From assembly GCA_964016885.1 (NCBI GenBank), contig OZ024742.1, positions 72,478,001 to 72,542,000 of the forward strand: 64,000 nucleotides of DNA, read 5' to 3'. Shown here in pieces: positions 36,481 to 48,954 of this stretch (its first letter is position 1; each line of letters opens with the position of its first letter). Source of the DNA: Eledone cirrhosa (taxonomy: Eukaryota). The notes beneath the pieces were generated by a model. It had not been told where the DNA came from. It saw only the letters and a program-made list of their open reading frames with translations, and searched no databases. Position numbers and translations under genes: made by a program.

Positions 36481-36890
36481 ATGGTGGCTGCCAACTCGTT
36501 TTCGAGTACGGCCACTACTTTATATCCATGTACCCCTACCGATGCGCTGAACGAGTGTGACTTTTTAGTCCAGCCAGCAACTTGAAAACTCTGGTACAAA
36601 CACTACACTTGTGACAATTATTGACACATAGTGCTCGGCCCATGGTACCATGTGACGACAAGTGCAGGGAGATCTCCAGATATAAAGCAATGCCTGTGCC
36701 GTGAAGCTTTTATAGTGAGCAAAGGCACTGCACAAAGCCAGTCCCACTCTCTTAACCAAGATGATATTTACCAAAAAGAAGAACAAGTCAACATCATTGG
36801 ATACCATCAGGGTTGCAGGTGTTATATCAGAGTTTTCCTTCTCCTAGAATTCTGCCTTGACAAAGGCTAAGGGGTCATCTCTCCTGGAGA
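36481..36890 (-). mobile_element. Short non-autonomous retroposon, possibly a bipartite RTE derivative
   Basis: Minus strand begins with an RTE 5'-UTR-like AGCCTTTG..GGCAG..CTAGGAGAAGGAAAACTCTGA and ends in a stem-loop next to the (TG)/(TATG)n tract. Confidence 0.4.
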
Positions 36891-37473
36891 CACACACGCA
36901 TACATACATACATACATACATACATACATACATACATACATACATACATACATACAGGCAGATAGGGATTTACATATGATCCCAAATTAAAAAAATAATT
37001 ATGGTTCCACACACAGCTACAAACACACAAACTTAGACACACAGATACACACACTAGCACACTCACTCACTCACTCTCTCTCTCTCACACACACACACTT
37101 TCATACATACTCACACACACTCACTCACTCACACACACACACACACACTTACATACATACTCTCACACACTCACTCACTCACACACACACACACACACAC
37201 ACACTTACATACATATTCACAAACACTCACACACACTTACATACATACTCACGCACACTCACACACACTTACATACATATCACACACACTCACTCACTCA
37301 CACACACACACACACACTTACATACATACACTGACACACACACTCACATAAACATACCCCCCCCACACACACTTACATACATATCACACACACTCACTCA
37401 CTCACTCACACACACACACACTTACATATATACTCACACACACTCACTCACACACACTCACTCACACACACAC
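36890..37473. repeat. (CATA)n and (CA)/(CACT)n compound minisatellite
   Basis: Directly visible. Confidence 0.9.
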
Positions 37474-37944
37474 AGTACATACTAAGAAATATTGAAACTC
37501 TGGTGAGAACAGACATATTGGTTGTATTGTTGTTGTTGCTATTGTTATTATTCTTATTAAAATTACTTAATAAATCAACAGCAGCAGCATCAGTAGCAGC
37601 AACAACAACAGCAGCAGCAGCAACAACGGCAACAGTGAAAATATAACACAAGCTAAACTTCAGATCAACTAACACGTTGAAATTTACTTAACACCTACCA
37701 ACACTTTGCTAATCTATATTAAAAGGTAAGTTTGTATTTCTCTTTACATAAAACATAAATTTCATATGTCATTGTGGAAAGAAAGGCCAGGTAAATGAGG
37801 GGGCCAGCTGAACCAGTTGGCAGAGGCTTGTCATTTCCAGGTGGGGCCAGCTGAATCAGTTGTCAGGGGCCTATCATTCTGAGGTGGGTGTCTATTTATC
37901 TCAAGTTCTATTGCTTTATTTCTATCCTGTTACTTGAGTGGACA

Positions 37945-38400
37945 CAATATGGCTGAATGATTATGAAGTTGGCTGTGCAAACATCAGATCTGGGTTCAAT
38001 CCCACCACATGGGATCTTGAGCAAATGTCTTTTACCATAGTCTTAGGTTGACCCAAGTCTTGTGAATGAAATTGGGTTGATAAAAACTGTGAGGAAGCCA
38101 GTCAGATGGACTGTAGCTGAAATTTAAAGGGCCGGCCTTAACACACACTGTGTTATGTTGAATCTCCCTGAGGATTACATCAAGAATACAGATATCTGTA
38201 GAATGCTCAGCTACTTACAATATGATATGAGATGGATTGTACCTATAATTCAAAGGGCCAGCCTTGTCACACTGTGTGTCATGGTGAATTTCCTTGAGAA
38301 TTATGTTAAGGATAAACACATCTCAGGAATGCTCAGTAACTTACATGTTAATTACTCAAGCAGGCTGTCCTGTTTTAATCAAACAACTGGAACACACATC
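37945..38400 (+). mobile_element. SINE family C copy with internally duplicated 3' part
   Basis: GGGTTCAATCCC B box; AAAGGGCC.GCCTT..CACACTGTGT unit present twice; homologous to 17025-17345. Confidence 0.6.
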
Positions 38401-38671
38401 TTAAAAACTGATATTTGCTTGTACATAAGATTTAGTTATTTGTCACTGTTATTTGAAAATGAGCCCACAGACCTCAACTTTATTTTCTTTAAATCTTTTC
38501 TGAAACTTATAAATTGTACGCTCCACACACACCACAGACAAACACGTGTGTGTCTGTGGTGTGTACAAATGTATCATTCCATGCTTATATATATATATAT
38601 ATAACAAAGAAGGTGTAAGATACCAGGCACACCAGAGTACTCAATACTTAGGGTAGTAGAGTGGGTAATAG

Positions 38672-38789
38672 GAAAAGAGTCAGGACCCCGACAGCTGAGC
38701 TCTGGCCATTTCGACAGCTAGATCCGAACTAGATTGGTTCTAGCTGTCAAAACGGCCAGTGCTCAGTCGTCGGGGTCCTGACTCTTTTC
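38672..38789. repeat. GC-rich foldback with ~54-bp arms
   Basis: GAAAAGAGTCAGGACCCCGAC...GACAGCTAGA pairs with TCTAGCTGTC...GTCGGGGTCCTGACTCTTTTC across a short loop. Confidence 0.88.
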
Positions 38790-38925
38790 ACACACACACA
38801 CACATCAAAAGTATATATTGAGTTAAAAACTCACAATAGTCCCGTATAATTAAAATAGCTCAAGGAAAAAATATTTCCCAGCCTCATTACACAGTAAAGA
38901 GAGACGAACACGGATATATAACTAT

Positions 38926-40423
38926 ATGCAATTCTGTCTGAACAACAGTGCTACTCCAGAACAGTGGAAAACTGCCAGTGTAATTCCTCTGTTCAAAAGG
39001 GGTGACCGCACATCACCTGTGAACTATCGTCCAGTCAGTCTTACTAGTTGCATCGCCAAACTGATGGAATCCTGTGTCAGAGAAACACTTTGGAACTTCT
39101 GGAGCTCTCACAGTCTTATCCGGCCTTCGCAATTTGGATTTATCCCCAACTCCAGCTGCTGTGATCAACTTATAGAGTTTCTTGAGGACATCACCCGGAT
39201 CACTGATGGCGGCTCATGGGTGGATGTTGTTTACCTTGACTTTGCGAAGGCCTTCAATTCTGTGCCGCACAAAAGGCTTATGGCAAAACTCTCTGCAATG
39301 GGTGTGAAGGATGATCTTTTTAACTGGTTGAAGTCCTTCATTCTCAGTCGAAGAGAGGTAGTCACGGTTCTGGGACAGCATTCCTCACCATATGAGATGT
39401 CATCTGGTGTACCTCAGGGATCTGTTCTTGGCCCCCTTTTGTTTGTGGCATATATTAATGACATAGATGCCAACTTAAGGAATGCCACAGTACTAAAGTA
39501 CGCAGACGACATCAAGCTGTACCTTGAGATAAAAAGGACAGATCCTGAACACTATAGATCTTGCTTGCAGTCTGACCTGGACACAATGCAACAGTGGATC
39601 TCAGACTGGCAACTCAAGCTAGCTGTGGACAAGTGCACCACCATGCATTTTGGGAGTAAAAACCCAGCGTCCACATATTCCCTCCACAGCACTAATATCA
39701 AGAAGTCTTCCTGTGAACGTGACCTGGGCATTACGGTCAGCAGCGATTTGCGTTGGACGAGGCACGTCTCTAAAATTGTCAAGAAGGCCGAGGGTGTCTT
39801 AGCATCACTCAGCAAGACCTTTGTCAGCCGCTCTCCAGATATCTATTTAAGGCTGTATACAGCTATGGTGCGACCACACTTAGAATTTGCATCACCAGTC
39901 TGGAACCCCTATCTTGCTCAGGACATTGACCGCCTGGAAACTGTTCAGAGACGTGCAACCAAGCGAATACCCTCCATCAGGCATCTACCATACTCTGATC
40001 GCCTTGCTTCCCTGGGCATGGATTCATTGAAGCTCCGACGCCTGGCAACTGACTTGGTAAACACCCACAAAATTGTTAACCATGTTGCCAACAACAACCC
40101 TGAGTGCCTTTTCGATTTCCATGTGTCTAACACACGTGGACATGCCCACAAAGTAAGAAAACAGCACAGTTCCCATGACTTTCGGAAACATTTTTTCACG
40201 CTCAGAGTTGCTGAAGCATGGAACAAACTACCTGCATCAGTTGTTAGCTGTCGAGACGCTGCATCCTTTAAGGCCTCCATGCTTCCCGAGATCCGCCAAC
40301 ACTACAGCTAACACATACAAACATGTACTTCCCTGGCATTTGTGTATTATTCTATGTACTATATTGACGAGTTGTAGTGCACCTGAGCACTTTACACAAT
40401 AATTTCATTATTATTATTATTAT
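38926..40423 (+). mobile_element. 5'-truncated CR1/L2-group LINE with uninterrupted RT ORF (38926-40311) and (ATT)n tail
   Basis: NYRPVSLTS, QFGF, YLDFAKAFNSVPH, SGVPQGSVLGPLLF, KYADD; 3' UTR ends AATAATTTC(ATT)n. Confidence 0.95.
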
Positions 40424-40480
40424 GTGTTCAAATCCCTTGTGATTTGAACACATAGTTATATGTCCATGTTCGTCTCTCTT

Positions 40481-40484
<4 letters not shown>
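40424..40484. repeat. Right part of a foldback interrupted by the CR1-like LINE (left arm 38893-38925)
   Basis: GTGTTCAAATC-CCTTGT-GATTTGAACAC hairpin, then ATAGTTATATGTCCATGTTCGTCTCTCTTTACT, the reverse complement of 38893-38925 with two mismatches. Confidence 0.85.
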
Positions 40485-40519
<35 letters not shown>

Positions 40520-40662
40520 CACACATATATATATATATCACTTCTGGCTTGGAACTGGTACTAGATTTGCACGTGCCTGAGGTGGGGGGAATTCTTATCC
40601 TTTCTGACTCATTTTTTTGATTGGGTATTAATTTTACCAGACACGTTTCCCTTCTTCTTCTT

Positions 40663-40693
<31 letters not shown>

Positions 40694-41084
40694 AGATTAA
40701 AATTAGTCAGGTTTGTGGAAGCCATTTTCACTCTAGTTTTATCAGAATCTAGTGGAGTTCCATTTTTTACCAGATAGTTTGGAAGTAAGTAGACAATTGT
40801 CAACAGAAGCAGATGTACACAAGCAATGGCAGTGTCCCACCTCATGTATGCTGATGACATTGTCTTTCTATCAGATGAGATATATTAAGCGCAAGAACTA
40901 CGAGAAAGGGAAGCTACATATGGAAGCTCTACTGATCAATACTAAGGGATGATCACTTACACAATTAAATAATTCAGATCCAGTTATCATAAATCCAAAA
41001 TTGAAGATAGATAGAGAATTTCGAGGTAGGTAGCGCACCAATTGATTCAACACAAGTACATGATTAGTATATTATCACTTTATC

Positions 41085-41266
41085 TCACTGTAAATGAGGT
41101 TGGTGTTAGGAAGGACATCCAGCTGTAGAAATCAAGCCAAATCAGTTCCTGTATGAGCAAGGCATGGTCAGTCGACCAGACACTGCCCACAACAGGACAA
41201 CCCGTCTAACCCATGCTAGCGTGGAAGAACGGACGTAAAACGGTGATGATGATGATGATGATGATG
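41085..41266 (+). mobile_element. SINE family B / RTE-chimera 3' end
   Basis: Almost identical to 49435-49603; (GAT)n tail. Confidence 0.8.
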
Positions 41267-41819
41267 AAAGGTAGAATCAGATCAAAGAAGAGTTGCCCAC
41301 AATATATTTGCAGGTATTAAAGATCTCAGAGAGATGGCCACACTCAGGGTCATCATAACAATAATATAGGTTCCTAGATAAAACAATGCACTGGGGCCCC
41401 CTACATACATAACCAAAACACATATAAATTAGCATTAGGGCCCTTGACAGCACTGACCACATTATTACTACATCACCATCATAACAATGAGGATGGTGAC
41501 TGAAATGGCCACTCCCATCACCACCATCACTATCCAAAACAACAATAATAACAACAGACTCCTACGTAAACCAAACTATACATATTTGACTATATATCTA
41601 CATAAACTGGCACACCTAATGTTTTATTTATTACTGTGAACTGGAAATTGATTGACATAGAAGTTGTACCACCACCACCAACACTACAAACAACAAAACA
41701 ACAATAATAGCAAGAATAACAACAGCAACAACAACAATAGAAAGAACAACAGCATCAATAAAGCAACAGTTACAACAATAGCTCCAACACTTATAAGAAC
41801 TAAAGTCACACAACTAACA

Positions 41820-42025
41820 ATTTTTAAATTAAGCACAAGGCCAGCAAATTTGGAGGAAGGGAAAAGTTGATTATATTGACCCCAATACTTAACTGGCATT
41901 TTATTTTATCAGCCTTGGAAGAATGAAAGGCAAAGTTGACTTTGGCAGGATTTAATTCAGAATGTAAAAATTTATAAATATATACTGCAAAGCATTTTGA
42001 CTGATGCTCTACTGCCAATCTACAC
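41820..42025 (-). mobile_element. SINE family A copy
   Basis: GCACAAGGCCAGCAAATT...GAATGAAAGGCAAAGTTGAC...CTGCCAATC. Confidence 0.75.
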
Positions 42026-42429
42026 TAATAATGATAACCTCTTTTAACATAGAAAACAAGACAGGGATGGGGCAGTCAATTAAATTAACCCCAATCGATT
42101 GAGCAAATTGATCAACAAGATCCCAAACCTCATTCGCTTACTGAGTAGGGTGGAACTCGTCAAATCAGATCAAGGAAACAATGTTTCCACTGGTCTTCCC
42201 ATTGATGATACTATCTAACTGTTGCAACTCCTGAATATCTGAGGCTGCAGGTAGCAGTTAGATGTTCATTTGAACAAACTTTCCAGTTATATAACATCAA
42301 TGACTGAGACTCCAATAACAATAATAATAATAATACATAGTGCATGATATTTAACTTTCATCAAAATACACCCCCGTCCCACCACCCCCACCCCATCCAC
42401 ACCGCCCCCTTCTATGTAAAGTTATGTTG

Positions 42430-42705
42430 GTGCCACACCATCCAGGCCGAAACAAATGAGATCGTGTAGGTGTCACGACAAAAAAACACAGTCCACGCTG
42501 TAATGTGGCCGTGTAGGCAACACGGTAAAAACCTCCCAGACCCACACTGTAAATGTGGTTGGTGTTAGGAAGGGCATCCAACTGTAGAAAACCTGCCAGA
42601 CAGTCCTATGCGAGCAAGACAATCACTCTTGCCTCAAGTGGGAAAACTGCCGTCCAAACCCATGCAAGCGTGGAACACGGACGTTAAATGTTGATGATGA
42701 TGATG
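42430..42705 (+). mobile_element. SINE family B copy
   Basis: GGTTGGTGTTAGGAAGGGCATCC domain and CCCATGCAAGCGTGGAACACGGACGTTAAA(TGA)n tail. Confidence 0.75.
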
Positions 42706-43755
42706 CATAAAAGAAATGTTGTGCAACACTGAATCCTATATTCACAAAAAAACATTCATGCCTGTTAAATTGCAATACCACTGCACCCTTTCAGACTTTA
42801 TCCCACTGACTAACAATTTATACTTATCAACCTTATTTTTCGAACAACACATCATAAAAATAGACATTTATCTTTACATACCCCATTGAGCTGTTCACTC
42901 ATGTGCATCTACAAACTTAACCATACAAAATCACTATTTTTAAATAAAAAAATAATAAAATGGCTCCACCAAACACACCACTCACAATTTTGAGCTAGAT
43001 AATAAGCCATCCAATAAAAAAAAAAACATTTCTAAGATTCCTGCTGGGATGAAATTATTAATCGTTGTAATATATTATCCAACTTTCTAATACCCATGCG
43101 ATAAAATTGTTATTCTACAAATATAGTTACTTAAAAAAGAGTAATATCTAATTAGTCATTTTCTCTTCCAAAGTGGATGATCAGACATATCGCCTGTTCA
43201 TGAAGAAATATCAATAAGGTTTTCAATGTTTGCTTAAGTCTATCACTACTATACTAGCTTCAGAGGATTGCTTCAGATGCATTGCTTTTGGCAATAAGTA
43301 TCTTCGTTTTTAAGTTGATTTAAATACTTTGCAGTATTTTCTTCAGCTCTGCATTTTGAATTCAAATCCCATCAATATCAAGTTTGCTTTTCATCTTTTT
43401 GGGGATTGATAAATGAAACACCAATTTTGCTAAACAAAGGGATGGCACTTCATCTGTACCATAGGCATGACAACCTCCCTAGTGTTATTGACCTACATGA
43501 TAAATGATCACTCGGTACACCCCTGTAAAGTGTTTGGTGAAATGAAGGGCATCTAGCTGTAGAAAACGTGCCAAAAAACGGTTGGGAAGACTCTTCAGCT
43601 ATGCTAAGAAGATAACAACTTCCCTAGTGTTGGTGCCGCAATAAAATGCACATGGTAGAGCACAGGATCATATGTCAGACTCCTAGCCCACTTAGCGGTC
43701 AAAGCCACCACTTGAGTATTGTCTAATCCTTGTAAGCAGGGAAAACAGATGTTAA

Positions 43756-43788
<33 letters not shown>

Positions 43789-44614
43789 GTCAGCGACATC
43801 TTCAATTTGGCTCAATAATTATTTGAAGGTTTGATTCAATGAACCTATTTCTATGGCAACATTTAGAAATTAATTCTCATCCTATATTTAATAGATTGAG
43901 AAGATTTGGTGAAGAGACTACAAACTTTTGAGCAAGGGAGTGTATTTGTTGCTGAAGTACAGTATATACCAGATGATGTTAAAATTATTCATATTGTTAT
44001 TCTCTTGAATGTCATATATGGTTGGGCAATTCTTTGAAAAATTGATAATTCTGCAACAAATTCAATTTGAATGAAAATACACAAATACACAAAGGTGTGT
44101 CTTGGAAATTCCAACAGCTACACAAATAGGGAAGGGCAGAGAGAGAAACCTACACTGTTCATGCTGATTGATATAATTAATGTGGGAGGGTATAAAGTTA
44201 CATTTTTACACAAAATATAGAAGAGTAAAAAACTACAAGTATTGTGTAATGTTTTAGTTAAAGTGCAGTTTCAACTAAGAACTGTAATATAAGTAAATTA
44301 GAATCTGGTTTGAATGTTCTATCTGTGTTTGAGTGGAAGGTGAAAGAAGAGAGATGAAGTGACATCAACTAGGAATTTAAGCTTTACTGCAGACATGGTT
44401 CACTGAAAATATGATCTTTAATATATTAAATTGTGCACTTAGCAACTGGATTATACATACATACACTCACTCATACACACGTATATGCATGCATGCATAC
44501 ATGCATATATACATACATATAAATGCACACACATGTACATATTTTTATATACTGTTCTATTATCACTGGTTAATTTTATGTTTGATATTGTTTTCTAATT
44601 CTGGTTTTTCAGTT

Positions 44615-45560
44615 TGACTCAATAATTATTTTGAAATTTGATTAAATTAATTTATTTCTATGGCAGTATTTAGAAATTAATTCTGATCTTGTATTTGTGA
44701 TAAGTATTTAATAAGTTAGAAGATATGGTGTAGATAAAGTATTTTTCATAATTACAGAGATCATAAAATGTTGTTGACATGTAATATAAACTGGATGATA
44801 TTAAATGTATTCATATTCTCATCATTTAAATTCTATATATAACTTAATTACTAATAGTGTTATCTTTTGAATGTCTTACATGGTTTGATAATGCTATCAT
44901 ATGTGTTGAAAGGTAGGCCTCTAATTTAAGCACTGGCTCTTGAAACTGGCCTTGTGCATTGTAATATATCATTCAATGGATTGTATAGACCCTGAGACTG
45001 ACACTAGCTTGGTAGATTAGCCATTCAGCTTTGTTTAAATTATCTAAGGTGCATAGCTTCATATTTTGATGACTGTTCACAAAGTTGTCGAGTGAGTTAT
45101 TAACTTGTGTAATAATGAATATTCACTATTATTATGATGAATATAGGGAGCATACAATTATAGCTAACTTTTAAGTGTTTCTAATTGAAACATTTGGAAA
45201 AGGTTTCTGGATCAGAAAATAGGGATCTCTTGGTATTGTGAAATTTTACTTTAAAGTTGAATTGAGGATTAAACTAATTTGCATTGTGGTGACAGTCTTT
45301 TGGTTCCATTAGTTCTAGCTAGTTTAGGTTTAGTGGTAAACAGGATATGTACATGCTCCATTGTAGCTTACAGTTTTATTGAAAGTTCTTTTGTCTGATT
45401 ATATACTAGGAATTTTTATACCATTAGTGTTGCTAAGATTCTTTAAAATGGCAGGGCTGGTTGAAGTCTCTGTCAGTGTAAATGAGGTTTTCATTTTACC
45501 ATCTGTATTGTTTGTATTTTTCTGTAATATGATCTAAGGTTGCATCTAGGAAACCAATTG
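44615..45560 (-). mobile_element. Highly degenerate Penelope-like element; 3' end partly duplicated at ~43810-44030
   Basis: Minus strand retains IGFLDATLD and a C-terminal RSELISK..HRNK-like segment, with many stops. Confidence 0.5.
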
Positions 45561-45799
45561 CTGTGATATTGTTTAGCATCAATGACTGTGCATGCATTGT
45601 TATTATTATATACTCACTTCTCACTAATGACATCCTGATTCATATTAGCACTGGTTTGCAATCCAGAATATATCACTTTTGTGATTCTTACATCACAGAA
45701 TGTGTAAACTTCCAACTTTTCACTCCTCTCTTTTCTAAGTATAACTTATGTGAAGCTTTAATATGTCCTTTTTTCAAGAAAATAAAGTCTGATTTGAGG

Positions 45800-46330
45800 G
45801 ATATTTGGTTACAATTCTTAGCAGATCAAATATTCATGTAGAGGGTCCTTCATCGACTCATTCATTAATCTTGCTCACTTCTAAACAGTACAAAGACTTC
45901 TTCACATCCAAACTGTTCACACAAAAATAACACACTTTAGGGTAAATTCCATTACCCAAAGAGACTGGTGGTGGTCAGTGGAGGCAACTATTTGTCCATT
46001 CGAGTATTCACATAAGAGTAGAACATGTTCAATCACTCCTGCTGGTAGGTTTTGCCCATAAAATCTTTCCTGAGGCATTCTAATCACATGCCATAGCTGT
46101 GATCTCTCAATTCTGGGGTAAAATTACAAAGTTTGCAATATACAGCACTGAGGAAATTCCAGCATCCTTTGCTGTGTCTGATCTCCCAGACTCCAGCATT
46201 AAACACTTCACTCAAACCTTTCTCCTTACCTAGAACAGGGATACTATGGAATTCTCTGTTACTTCATTTCACATTTTTCCTCCGGATTCTGATTAACAGA
46301 TATTCAAGATGTAATCAACAGTATCAATTC
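45800..46330 (+). mobile_element. Degenerate LINE 3' fragment
   Basis: FSLPRTGILWNSL resembles the common LINE ORF2 end SFFPRT..LWNSLP. Confidence 0.4.
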
Positions 46331-47070
46331 CACCAGTTACCTTGACCCTACCAATTATTCTAACCTCCATAGTTTGATGCCACTAGTCATTCTGTGAGTA
46401 ACTGTAAATGTCATGTACACTGCTTACAATTAGCTTAACAATAGCAACAACAACAATGGTGACAATGATGAAAACAACAACAACAAAATACAAAGAAACA
46501 AACATACAATCTATCTGAAACAACAAATGGCCACCAGAAACTACCCTTCCCAGAAAGTGACCTCTGTAAAGCCGACTGTCTGGCTGTGAGAAAATTGAAT
46601 AAAAAACCGTGAGAATTAGATTGATGTTAGGAAATTTTCTAGCAAAACAGTTTTGTATAAGAAAACACATTGCCTTCATAGCTATTTCATAATAATAGTT
46701 TAGTCAAGTCCATTGGTAATTCATGACTCTCCCATTCTTTTTATCTGTTGAAGGAAGTTTAATGTGCTGGTCCATTATTGATGCTTTATTGTGGCTATGA
46801 ATCATGGGAAAGATAAACATCTTTGTTTCACATTCACTGTTTTGCTGGACATGAGATTTTCTCACCAATAGAAACTAGACTTGTTGAAGTCCAGTTTCTA
46901 TTGGTATGTACAATGACACACACACACATATATATCATTGTCATTGTTTTAATGTGCGCTTACCCTGCTAGCTTTACAAATATACTTTACTTCACATTTT
47001 TAGCTCACACATACACACACATGTGCATACAAACACACACACACACACACATGTATATATATATATATTA

Positions 47071-48286
47071 CAGGGAAAAATGCGGGCGCATGTAAAGAAA
47101 TATTCTTAAATTAATAAACCTAGAAAAGTAAAGGACAAGTTATTACACCTGGAAAAGTAAAGGACAAGAAAACTTCTTCTTAAAACTTCTTAAAATATTG
47201 CAGCTATAGTATAAATTTGAATAATAAAAAATATTTGATTTAAATATACATAGAAAGTGATAAATTCTAATAATACAGTTGACTCTCTAATTGATAATAA
47301 TACTAATTTATGATCATTTATTTAATTTTGTGATCCTAATTTACACCATAGTGGTTGGGTCATTAAATAAATATACTTTATTTTACTTTACTAAATGGGA
47401 CTGAAAAAATGAGTGACAATTATAAACATCAAATAAAACAAAATTTTGGCATGTAAATGACACTAACAATTAATTAATAATTAATTAGGGAGCCAACTGT
47501 AATGATAAATAATAACAAATTATAATTGTTTAATAATGAAATTTAAGACCTGTCAGAGATCAAAATAACCAATCTACATTTTTAGGTAGAGTAAAATTAG
47601 ACTACAATTAAAAATTAAACATTGTCTAATTCAACAGTTCATCTAATGAATTGATGAATTCACTATAATTTATTGATTCACTATAAATGAATAATTGATG
47701 AATTGACTTTTACCTAATTTTGCCCCTTGAAATGTTGAATTTTACTATATTATAAAAAAAAATCTGTAATACTCATAAAAAGTGCAATTATATGATGCAC
47801 TGTTTTTGATTTATTTTACTGCATTATTTTATAACTAAATTTTTAAAAATATAATTTGTTTAAGAGTGAAAATTTTTAAATATCTTATAACATAAATTAA
47901 TAAATTGTACATATTAATTATTATTATTATTATTAATTAATTATTGTACAAATTATTGTACAAATTTTATTTTAAAAAGATTAATTTGTATACACCAAGA
48001 AAAAAATTAAGTATACAGTAGTCAACTCTCCCTATAAGACAGTCATTTTTCCAGTCCTTTAAAGTGATATTTTTTTAACAATTAACTTATAATTATTTAT
48101 TTTTAGTTTTATAATCTAAATATTTTTTTTCAAATTTAGACTTTAGCTGCAATATTTTAAGAAGTTTTAAGAAGAAGTTTTCTTGTCCTTTACTTTTCCA
48201 GGTGTAATAACTTGTAACTTGTCCTTGACTTTTCTAGGTTTATTAATTTAAGAATATTTCTTTACATGCGCCCGCATTTTTCCCTG
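47071..48286. mobile_element. Non-autonomous DNA transposon with ~140-bp TIRs and TA flanks
   Basis: TA-CAGGGAAAAATGCGGGCGCATG...ATATTGCAGCTA (to ~47207) is inverted at ~48143-48286, ending CCCTG-TA. The interior is very AT-rich and non-coding. Confidence 0.85.
47276..47499. mobile_element. Nested pogo/Tc1-type MITE
   Basis: TA-CAGTTGACTCTCTAATT ... AATTAGGGAGCCAACTG-TA. Confidence 0.7.
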
Positions 48287-48399
48287 TAATCCACTTTTTT
48301 TCCAGGCAATGCAAGGATATTATATTAATATTAAAAATATTTATCAACAAATAAGTTAAATAAATAATAATGAATAGGAAGAAGTGCAGATAGGAAAAG

Positions 48400-48472
48400 T
48401 AATCAGTGTGGGAATCGAACCCACGACCTTCGGATTGCCGGTCCGCTGCTCTACCGACTGAGCTACCTGACC
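48400..48472 (-). tRNA. tRNA-like gene or pseudogene, anticodon GGC (Ala-like), atypical
   Basis: GGTCAGG TA GCTC AGTCGGTA GAGC A GCGGA CCGGCAA TCCGA AGGTC GTGGG TTCGATT CCCAC ACTGATT A forms a 73-nt cloverleaf with intact A and B boxes and TTTT downstream. It has C33, mismatches at 7:66 and 27:43, and no G3:U70. Confidence 0.7.
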
Positions 48473-48829
48473 ACAATTCACTATTGCACAATCTATCACT
48501 ATTTTAATGTATTAGAAATTAGAAACAAACTAAGCGTTACTTATGTATGTAGTTCCTTACACTCTTTTGGTCCTCACTTATTTTTTTGTAACTTTTTTTC
48601 TACTGAACCAAATTTCAATATTTTTATGTCAAAAAGTAGCTTATCTGTGGTCCTATAAAGTGCAAAAAACCGCATCCAATTCTATCAAAAATTGAATAAG
48701 TGACAAAGCTTTGAAGGTGTCGCGAGTGACCGAAATGGGACCTTAAGAATATTATACACCTACTACCGTAGGTGTATGATATATACATGTGTGTATGTGT
48801 ATCCCCCCCTCTCTCTCTTCGTATATATA

Positions 48830-48946
<117 letters not shown>

Positions 48947-48954
48947 AAGAAACG

